Source of the DNA: Seison nebaliae | Lineage: Eukaryota | Assembly (NCBI GenBank): GCA_023231475.1 | Contig: JALJEE010001842.1 | Location: 1-60,902, forward strand | DNA: 60,902 nt | Direction of reading: 5' to 3' | Shown here: in pieces, positions 51,101 to 60,902 of the stretch | Numbering within the stretch: position 1 is the first letter of the stretch | How the letters are laid out: each line of letters begins with the position of its first letter | The notes under the pieces: model-generated | Seen by the model: the letters and a program-made list of their open reading frames with translations, nothing else | The model's database searches: none | What the model was told of the DNA's origin: nothing | Program-made: the position numbers and the translations under genes

Positions 51101-54100
51101 ATATGTTTCGGCTCAATCTACATACACATGTTTGGAGTCATATCAATCAATAATTCGTCGATTTCACTTCTATTGTCGAAATGAGAGTATGTTGAGTGGC
51201 ATCGCTAAAATGTCTAAATAGCCGAATAATTCGTCTTATAAAAATTCTTAATCGATCATATATCTCATGAAGACACTTCTTGTTCATTAATCTATCCAAA
51301 TCTTCAAGTTGAAGAGAATCAGATTTTAACTATTAACTACTTACATAACATTTCATACTTGATCAAACATTTATAGAATTCTAATAATAGAATATACAGA
51401 ATGAAAATTAATTTGTCAATGGAATGAATTTTGTTTAAGTGTATTGAACATAATTCTTAGATTTTTGGAATTGATTAATTATTGACAATATTGTGAGTAG
51501 AGAATGAGAAGAATACTTGAAAGGATCATAATAATATTAAGATTTCTCAGTTTGATTTAAGGATAACATTGAAAGGATCTTATGTAAATATTGAACATAA
51601 ATCGATAAGAGAGATTTGAAGTGAACGAAAATATGAACGGGATTTTCTTATGTCGATCCATTTCAATCTATTAGCTACAATGTTACCCGTTCATTAAGAG
51701 GGGGACAATTCCCAAATAATAAGAGGATATACTTCTGATATATATTACTCTTTAACTTATCAACTTACTTCTATTCTTTTTTCTGTTTGTTTTCTCGAAG
51801 TCTAATAATTTAAGCTTCTCCCCAAAAAAATTCTTTCGTATATTAGCGGCTTCAGACGACGCTTATTTGTAAGTTCAAGATTTGTTAAAACACTTGAAAG
51901 AATGGAAAAGTGACGAAACTCATAGGAATGAATGAAGTTTTCTTGAGGAAATGAAGCGATTGTTCGTTCAGTTTGACTCGAATGTTCGGTCACACTATGT
52001 TTTTGCATGTAGATATGGTATATGATTAATGTGTGTGATTTGTGGGGAAAATAATATGATGAAATTCTTTCCCTTATTCTTTCGCCAAGATAATTTGAGG
52101 ACGATCTTTTTTAGTTCTTGCAACTTATTCCAACGAGAATTTCAATAAATTAATGATATCGTTTATCTGATAATAGAATAGCAAGCACTCAACATTTTCT
52201 TAAATATTTGCTCGATTAATGGCGACCAAACTAGAAAAAATTTCGAATGAAGTGTCAAATTGATCAGTTCATCATATTTGTTTTCACATTTAATGATTCA
52301 ATCGCTCCTAATGTCTCTATCTATAATTGTTTTTTTGTTAGAACTCAAATCGATTCACGTTTTTCCTTTTTGAGAAAAACAAGATATTCCTCTACTTTAA
52401 ACTTTACTTAAGAAATTTACACTAGAAAAACTGGTTAAATGTCATTCATTGTTGATCATCTCAACGGAACTGTTAAGGCTTCCTCTGAAACCAAAGTCAC
52501 CTGAATAAGTAACTTTATTCTTGCATTCTTCTGTCATCATTTCATTATTAAGAAGACTTTTAACCTTAAATTCTTCACATCATAACATTCTACCATCGGA
52601 TATATTCTGTCAAAGTTTTCCGATTTTTGAAAGTTTATTTGAATATAAGTTTAATTGGTTCATTTCTGCTAATTTCAATCTTCCAACATCTCTTAATCAT
52701 CAGCAATTATGATATTAAACAATTGACATCCTGTTAAAATAATAACTTCCAATCCTTTTCATACTAGAAATAATATATTTTCATATAATTTTACATTCAA
52801 TCAACACTTTCAATTGAATATATTAAGTTTCAAATAATTTTAAGCAAATAAAATAATTATTTATAATAAAGAGTAAAAAAACTGTCAAAAATTTATTCAA
52901 AAATAAAAGAACAAAACCTTGATAGGGACTCCGTAATCTAAATCGGTGACAGAATAATAGAAATAACAAAAAATATTGGAAAGTCGTATTAATTGTTTGG
53001 TTCAAATTTTACAGCGTAAGGATTTTCAAGAATTTGATAATGTAGATTCTTCGTCGAAATCTTTCTTTTAATTACTTACTAACAAATGTAAATCTAGTTG
53101 TTGAAATTGTAAAATGATTTTAAACGAACGCATAATTTGTCTAAAATTTTAATGATTTGATGTGTTGCTTTCAGTTGACTTTTCTAATTAAATTTAAAGC
53201 TTCTATTTAATAATATTTAAAGCTTAAAACTATTCTATGTTTATATTATACATATGTATATGTATGAATGCTCTTCCTACGTAAAGGGTTTACTAAAATT
53301 GACAATTTCTTGAAAGAATTATAGAAATACTCTGATGTTTTCTATAATATTGTTTGTCTGTTCACTAACCGAGATGTTAGTAAGGATTCATTGTTTCCTG
53401 TCAATTTTGACTTCGGCGATTTCATCTGTCCACTTCTATTCTTTAGAGTCCTTCTCGAAAAGAAATATCACAGTTCCATCATTCCAATCGTTCACAGACT
53501 TCCACACTACTGGAATAAATATCAGATGCACATAACAACTAAGCGACGTCTCTCATTTGGTAATATGAGAAAATTTCTTTAGACATTTGTGAAAATATTA
53601 TTTTTTATTTGTAAATAAGAAAATATATTAAATATTAAGAAAGATAGATAGATATGAATTATTTTCTTTTTTTTAATGAAATTCCCGACGGGATAAATCG
53701 AAATATTATTGACCGATCTCCTTCTTTACGATCAGTGGTAGGAGATCTCTATGTTGCGTGAGACGTGCGTCTCATCGTTGTGGCGTTTGGAACGTGTATA
53801 GATCACTGCGCTAAGTACGACCCAATATAACTTTCGATATTCATAATACGTTGTTTCGGGATTATGCGTGGAACATGTGTAGACTCATTCAAATGCAACC
53901 AATATTCGACAACTGCACTACACACGACCATAATGAGAAAATTTTATTGACTAAGGAATGTAGTGTGGAAAGCAAAGGAAGATAAATAAAGTTCATTTCT
54001 TTAAAATGTTAATAATTGTAGGTTTACAGTTCACCAATTGGTTGATTATATATACAAATTATATGGATGTATTGATGATGGATAAATTGTGTCGCAAATG

Positions 54101-54332
54101 AGAAAAGTACTAACAATGAATAAGATGATTCAAAAAAAAAGGTAAAAAATAGATTCGTTCCAATGAATGTAGAAAGAGAGAGAGAGACAGAGAGATTATT
54201 AAAGGATGAAATGGTTGGAAGCAGATAAATTGCTATTATTTGTAATCTTTTGGAATAATTGTATATTTTTATGAAACTAATTTTACACAATTTTAATGAA
54301 ATATAAAGAGGTGAAAAGAAATTTTTTTTTCT

Positions 54333-56141
54333 TTACCAAATAATGTTTAATCGCTCAATATTTTGGTAGTCACATAGAGAATCGATATCCTTCTTGAATT
54401 GATGGAAGGAGGGGAGGAATGATGATGTTGATTTAATTTCAATCAATTCCAAATGAGAGATTGGCCAGTCGTTAATGTTGGCAGATGAGGAAGTATCGTT
54501 CAATTCTGTTTCTTCATCAATCGGTAATGCGTTCAAACAGGACGAGATAGCAGATAAAGAGAAAACATATTGATGTTGATCATAATTAATCGTATTCCTC
54601 TCTCGACATAAGAAACAACTTTGATCGATCGATCCACTCAATTGTTGTTTCATTTGAATAAATCGTTTAATTTGGTCTATGGATGAGAAGACACATCGAT
54701 TGACACGGAATGAATCCTCAATACTATCCGCCATCATCGTACATAAATTATTATCATAATCCAATGGTAGACGATAATAAACGTCTCTAAAATATTTCAA
54801 CCAATTATTCATATTTCGATTAGTATCCTCTGTTTGACATTCAACAATTTCACCTCGTTCTAATAAAGCATAAATGAATGCATCACCAATAAATTCTTTC
54901 ATATTATTCGCTTTCAATCGTTTTAATCGTTTCAAATATTTGTTTCTTAAAACGAATGCAGCTAAATCAAAACTCGATTTCTTTATAGAATTACAAGCGA
55001 ATTTTGAATCATCTGTATCGTCCCATCCCGAAATATTTAATTCGACGATATTTTTACACAAATGAATGAATTTGATAAGATCTTGTGTCGTTATACAGAT
55101 ACTACCACTCACATCCAGAACTTGAACGAATCCTCCTAAAATTTTATTGTTTATTCTCGTTGGTAACATTTGAGTAAGAAGCCAGTTGGTGCATCGAATT
55201 TCTTTCTTTTTCTTTCGAATTTCTTCTCGTCTTTTCTTTTTCTTCTCTCGTTTTTCATCTCCTTCATTCCAATCGATTAATTGTCTATATGAGATGATTT
55301 TCCATATATTTGGATGTTTTAATAAATTATAGAAAGTGTGATTAGTTCGACTTAATCTACACATATCTCCCAAACTCAAATATTTCATCACTTCTATTTG
55401 AATACTCAAAGGCAATCCAATGAAGGATCGTCGTGTTCGATTTAATTCTTCTCTTATTTCCTTTAAATTAATTCCTTTCAATTCCATCGACATTAATGAT
55501 GATTCTGTTTCGTTATCGATTTCTTCGATTTTTGTTGACGTTTCATTTAAAACAGAAAGAATTGACGTTTCAATAAGAACTTGATCGGCATAACCATAAA
55601 TCTCATCTCGATGTAATTTGATGACGGAATTCCTCATTGTAAGTAATTCACCGGTTGAGAAATAACCGCAGAGCATTGGTTGAAAAATATCCTCCTCCAA
55701 TTTCATATGTGGCAAAAAGAAATTTTTGAATTTTAACATTTTCTTCTGCAATTCCGCACACATTAATCGAAATTCGAATGTATTATTATGTGAGAGAACG
55801 ATATCTCCATTCAAATCAATTCCGATACGAATAGCTGGTTCCAATATGTTGAAAATAGGAGTAATATAATCATGTGAATGACATTCACAAACTAATTTCA
55901 TTTCCACTTCATTCTGTTTCTCAATCTTCTCTTTCAATCGTTCTAAAATTATCGTATTTTCAATTCGTTCATGAAAAAGAAATTCATTGAATGTTCTCTC
56001 AATATTCTTCAACGAATTCAACGTCTTCTCCAAATTACATTTGTGTTCGATCTCGTAACATGCATTCCTTATTAATTGTCGCATGCGTAAATGTGGAGTG
56101 AAGAAGACGTCAATTTTTCCTTCTTTGAGAACTTCCATCAC
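54333..56141 (-). CDS. FBXL5: F-box/LRR protein 5 (hemerythrin iron-sensing domain + F-box + LRR-like region)
   Basis: Hemerythrin motifs DVFFTPHLRM..L, FHERIEN..I...L, HSHD, FLPHMKLEEDIFQPML..YFS..EL. F-box LPLSIQIEVMKYLSLGDMCRLSRT....Y.L...P.IW. The 3' end may continue past a GTAAAG donor near 54336. Confidence 0.88.
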   Translation of the reverse strand: MMEVLKEGKIDVFFTPHLRMRQLIRNACYEIEHKCNLEKTLNSLKNIERTFNEFLFHERIENTIILERLKEKIEKQNEVEMKLVCECHSHDYITPIFNILEPAIRIGIDLNGDIVLSHNNTFEFRLMCAELQKKMLKFKNFFLPHMKLEEDIFQPMLCGYFSTGELLTMRNSVIKLHRDEIYGYADQVLIETSILSVLNETSTKIEEIDNETESSLMSMELKGINLKEIREELNRTRRSFIGLPLSIQIEVMKYLSLGDMCRLSRTNHTFYNLLKHPNIWKIISYRQLIDWNEGDEKREKKKKRREEIRKKKKEIRCTNWLLTQMLPTRINNKILGGFVQVLDVSGSICITTQDLIKFIHLCKNIVELNISGWDDTDDSKFACNSIKKSSFDLAAFVLRNKYLKRLKRLKANNMKEFIGDAFIYALLERGEIVECQTEDTNRNMNNWLKYFRDVYYRLPLDYDNNLCTMMADSIEDSFRVNRCVFSSIDQIKRFIQMKQQLSGSIDQSCFLCRERNTINYDQHQYVFSLSAISSCLNALPIDEETELNDTSSSANINDWPISHLELIEIKSTSSFLPSFHQFKKDIDSLCDYQNIERLNIIW

Positions 56142-56813
56142 TCACTAGATCGTTTTTATTCCCGAAAGGAAATTCATTAGGCAATTTATCTTTCTCTATT
56201 CTCCTCCATTCATAAAGAAAAAGAAATGAGAAATTAATTGTTATTTGAGATGATGTCATAAAATATTAATATGTTTCTTCTTTAATAAGAAATCATTCAA
56301 GCGATATATCACCACAATCATCCACCTCTATTCCACTATTGATCCAGGAAGTGATCGCTTTCGATAAATAGAAAGAACAGATAACTATTATTAACGAAAA
56401 ATGATAATTGAAGAATAAATTGAAATTAAATTTTATAATTTAAGCTTAAACTTTAAATATCAAAAAATTTAAAGTAATAATTTCTCATGAATTTCCATCA
56501 CAATCTTTCTCCACTCTTCCATTTACCACCAATAAACGTATTTCCTCTATACACATTATTTTGTGTAGACGATATTCCTTTTTTTGGAAATCCAATTTTT
56601 TATTATACATCTTATGAATGAAAATTCTCAATCCATTTCTAAATTTTCCACTTTCGTCTATTTATATATACACATAATCGATTAACATATCAATCGTTCG
56701 TTGCCCACATGTACAAATTGATATGTGTTTGAATACAAACGAGTTTTAACTGAACTATAAAGAAGTTAATCTCGTCTCTCACCCCTCCCCACACCCTCCA
56801 TCGATATTGACCA

Positions 56814-57347
56814 TCAATTAATAATGTATTTCAATTCCCCCCACACTAATTGATGGATGTACAAGTGTAAAAGAATTATCTTCTTCTCTCCATTCGCACT
56901 TAATAATCTAGTTCGATAGAAGAAATATGAAGAAGTGACGAGAGAGAAGAGGAAGCGGTTGTATGTCCTTCTCGTTCCTGTTGAGGAGAGTGAACAACAA
57001 ATTCTTTTAAACCGGAAGACGTCCAATATCAATAACAAAACATCTCATAATCAATCGGAATGAATCCAATTGCATCATGTCTCGAGAGGTGATGTTGTCG
57101 AAAGAATATTCCTGTCCATTCTCTGTCTTCTAATTTCTCATAAACAATCATTCTTCCCTTCTCATTTCTGGCTGTTGTTGCCACAGAGATGAATTTGATA
57201 TATAGAGAAAGAGTAATGATCATTCGGTAAACAGGATTTGAGATGACCTTCCTCCTCCAATTTTCTTTTTTTATCCGTTTCCAATCGAACAGCTTCTTGA
57301 TTCTCTTCCGTTGTCCAACTAGACGAATAAAAACAATTCTCTTTCAT
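56814..57347 (-). CDS. Hypothetical 144-aa orphan protein; exons 57347-57233, 57171-57042, 57003-56814
   Basis: Three overlapping track ORFs join into one frame through two GTT..AG introns of 61 and 38 nt with matching phases. No family recognised. Confidence 0.35.
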
Positions 57348-57884
57348 CTCGTTTCTAAAAAGGAATAATTGAAATTCTCTTTCATCATTTATCTTTTTTC
57401 GTTCGTCTCAATTCTATTATATCACATTCACAATACTCGAAACTCAACAATAATTAATTGGGTCGATAAATAATAATAATAATAATCATCAAATAAATAA
57501 ATAAGAAAATAATTTTCTTTAATATTCTTTAAGAGAAATCGGTTAATGTTGTTGTTTTTTCCGAATATGAAAATTATTTTTCTCCTTTCGACATTTCCAA
57601 CTCTTTTGACTTTTTCTTCAAAAAGAAACAACATTTCTGTTTATTTCCTCTATTAATTTTTTTCTTTTTAACAACTAAATGACTAATTAATTCGAATTAA
57701 TATTGAACATAAAAAAACAAAATTAAAAAAATATTTTTTTTTTTTAAATTAAATTTCAAATTAGAAACTGTTTGCATCACGGTGAAAAAAATAAAGATTG
57801 GAAGAAGATTCATAGACACATTCGAATTATTAAAGAGAGAATCAATTTTGGAAGTGGAAAAATACGCATATAGAATGAGACAAT

Positions 57885-59718
57885 ATGATGTCGTGTTTCA
57901 ATCAAATCAATCGTTTTTATATCAATACAATTTCATATTGTTTAAGACCGACATGTCTTTCATCAATCATTCATCTCAACGCATCAGTTAATGATCAATT
58001 GAATTATTCGACCAATTCGTCGACGTCAAATGTGTCATCGACGGATGTGACATCGAAAGACACCGGACAAAACTTAATAAGTTTATTGGAATTGAAGAAA
58101 CGTGAAGAGGAGACACTTCAGAAAAGAATGAATGGAATTCTTTCTCGTTCATCTAAAAAGAATGATGAGATCGTCTCTCCAACTACTTCTCCTACAATGG
58201 AATCGTTGAGAAATGATATTCAATCACGAAAAATCCGTTTCCATCATGAACCGCCCGAATATTATCCCGATAAGAAATCGGTGAATGATAATTGTTCGAA
58301 AGTTCAGACGGAAAAGAAAACTTTTTCACTTCATCGATTATCTGGGAATACTCGATCTCTCGTTTTGATTAAAGGAGATGAAGCTGCTACATTCCTTCAA
58401 GGTATTTTAACTAATGATATTCTTCATCTCAAAAAACGAGATTGTTGTTATTCATTTTTATTAAATGCTCGAGTTAATTTTTTTCTTATTTCTCTATCTA
58501 AAACTATTATTAACAATCTCTCATGTTTATAGGGACGAATATTATATGATGCTATTGTTTATCGATGTGGCGAGTATGATCATTTATTCCCATCATATAA
58601 AGGAAATCAATCATTTCTATTAGAAGTTGATCGAAAGGCAGTAAATGATGTGATGAAACTTCTTCAACTATATCGTTTAAGAAGACAAGTTCATTCATTC
58701 TTTTTTTATTCGATTTCTTGAAATTAATGAAATCTTTTTAATAAAAATATCTTTAATAGATCTCAATCGATGTAATATCACGTGATATTATTAGTATTTG
58801 GACAGCTGTTCCCATTATTAATTCGATGGAAGATCATTCTTTAGAATTGTTGAAATTTTTTTTTGAAACAAATTTCTCGATCATTAAATAATTTTAAATA
58901 AAATAGATATGGCGATTCAGCAGAAGAGATTGTCATTTCAATGAATCAAGATCCCAGACATTCGAGTATGGGATATCGATTATTGATTGATGAACAATCG
59001 ATGATTGTTAATTTACGTCAACCTTCACCCATTAATTGTTCGTTATATAAAATCTCTTTTTTTTTTATTTATAATTATTTTCTAGTAAATAATCATTTGA
59101 CTGATTGTCGTTCACAGGAATTAGACGCATTACATTATCGTCGATGGTTATATTCGATTGGTGTTTGTGAAGGATATGAAGATATTCCTCTCAACAAGGC
59201 TATTCCATTTGAGTATAATGGAGATTTGTTGAAAGCCATATCTTTTGATAAAGGATGTTATATTGGACAAGAATTAGTAAGTAAAACTTATCATACAGGT
59301 GTCATTCGAAAACGAATCGTTCCCATCAAATTAATAAAGTTTTTCTTTCAAAAATTTATTCTCCCAAACATTTTCTCTCAAAACATCAGTGTTCCATTAT
59401 GTGAATCACAACGCGATTCTATGATTTATATTGGAGACAATAACAAACCGATCGGAAGAATTCGAGGAAATGTTGGAGAATATGGTGTGGCTCTATTGAA
59501 GATGGAAGATGTAAAAACCATCATCCAAAAACAAAATGATTCGTCACCAAATTCTTCATTTCTCACTTGTCGAGGAGAACCTGATGGACATGAAGTTTCG
59601 ATCAAATCCATTTTAATCTTTTTCATTTTCTCTCTTTCACCAGATTAAAATTAGAATATCAATTCCACAATGGTGGCCAAAAGATTCGAATCATTTATCG
59701 AAAAAATTATTTTCTTAA
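57885..59718 (+). CDS. IBA57: IBA57/CAF17 (YgfZ family) mitochondrial Fe-S cluster assembly factor, 7 exons
   Basis: RSLVLIKGDEAATFLQGILTND, FLLNAR|GRILYD, L.LYRLRR, DPR, signature SFDKGCYIGQEL..KTYHTGVIRKR, GVALL, C-terminal PQWWP. Six GTT..AG introns. Stop at 59716-59718. Confidence 0.93.
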
Positions 59719-60690
59719 TATTTTTTCTCAGTTTTCTCCATTGATATATCATGAAGGAAAAAAAAACTTATAATTTTTTCTAGCAATTTGCTCGATCCCT
59801 TTTTTTTTATCATTTCTCATCTGCCCATCAATTTCTATTGAAAATGGATCATCAGCACTCAATTCTTATCAGCACAATCAATTTTTCACTTTTTTATATT
59901 CTTTTCCATATATTTCGTTGAGGGAAATTTTCTCATTAATATGATTACGAGAATAGTGGATTTATTCAGATATTTTTAATTGCAACCGAATCATCTCTAA
60001 ATGTAATTAATTCGATTTTTCTTTCTCATTAGAGTATCATCCATTCTTCTTCTTTTTCATTTAAGGCATTCATTCAATTTTCACAAATATCGTTCATGGG
60101 AAAGATACAAACAAACCAATATTTGTTCATCATTTTCTTTGTTTTCTTGTGAAGTCAGGGTATGATCCTTATCTATTATGATATTTATCTATACCTCAAG
60201 TTGTACGAATCTTCATTCATTTCATTTTCAACTTCATTTCATTTGAATAATAAAAAATATCATCTCCACCACACTTTCTTCCATTTGCATTTAAATTTTA
60301 CGTTGTTATTTTCTATTTTCTTATTATTGAATTCACTGTATGAAATACATAGGAGATGTTAAATGAAATTTATTTTTTATTTATTTATTATAAAATCAAA
60401 TGCCCTCGGGGTAAATTAAAAAGAAAATAAGATAACTGGCTGTACACGTTTATAGTATCGATAATTTTAATATTAGATCTTTTTAAATATCAGATAAATT
60501 TTATATTAATAATATAATACTTTACGTTATTCTAAAGTAAATTTGACTTATTTTATTTATTAATCAAATCTAATTGAGTAAAATTGAAAAGAAACTAACA
60601 ATAGTAATGTGAAGTAGTGATGGGGATACGAAGGGCGAAGGGAAATTAATTTCTTCGTCTCCCTTTTAATAAATGAAAAATTCCAGACAT

Positions 60691-60734
60691 TTTCCCTTCG
60701 CGAGCTATACATACTCCTACTTCGCGAAGGGAAA
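60691..60734. repeat. Perfect 13-bp inverted repeat within a cluster of CGAAGGG motifs
   Basis: TTTCCCTTCGCGA - 18 nt spacer - TCGCGAAGGGAAA. Further CGAAGG(G) copies at ~60629-60646 and ~60735. Confidence 0.7.
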
Positions 60735-60902
60735 CGAAGGAAAGGAAAGAAAAGGAGAAAAAAAGGGACGGCGAAGCAACATTTTTTTGAAAGTCCTTTT
60801 CCTACTTTAACGGACAGAATAGTACTGGGACAATATATTCGTTGAAAAATTATGATAGGGGGAAAAATATATTTTATTAGGAATAAAAATTTTTATCCAA
60901 AT

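Noticed and set aside
53804..53818. U4 snRNA (minus-strand CTTAGCGCAGTG resembles the U4 5' end) or U1 stem-loop I
   Set aside because: Only about 12 nt match. I could not see the U4 stem I, kink-turn or Sm site in the right arrangement, so it is kept only as an unexplained structured island.
1..60902. tRNA, rRNA or spliced-leader RNA genes
   Set aside because: No cloverleaf, rRNA-like conserved block or recognisable SL exon seen by eye. A covariance-model scan would be needed to exclude divergent copies.

Overview
AT-rich eukaryotic (animal) genomic DNA with compact genes and mostly 40-70 nt introns. The style suggests a compact invertebrate genome; a seisonid rotifer is my unverified guess. 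In order, the window holds: a decayed MULE-type transposon end, a ~10 kb gene-poor stretch, a GAS2-like gene, CAPS/unc-31, YIPF6, a C8orf82 (UPF0598) homolog, an NADH-cytochrome b5 reductase, GABA-B receptor subunit 1, a divergent BAF-like gene, a disrupted chitin-binding/EGF gene, a SERBP1/HABP4-like gene, a large SOCS-box gene, a secreted lectin-like + Gln/Gly-repeat gene, goosecoid, FBXL5 and IBA57. The standout observation is the splice code. Hand-splicing 10 genes by frame and homology gave about 37 introns that begin GTT, with no A/G/T consensus at +4..+6, instead of the usual animal GTRAGT. At two sites a canonical-looking GTA donor a few nt away is bypassed. This points to a lineage-specific rewiring of 5' splice-site recognition. 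All gene calls come from recognising motifs by eye; no database search was run.
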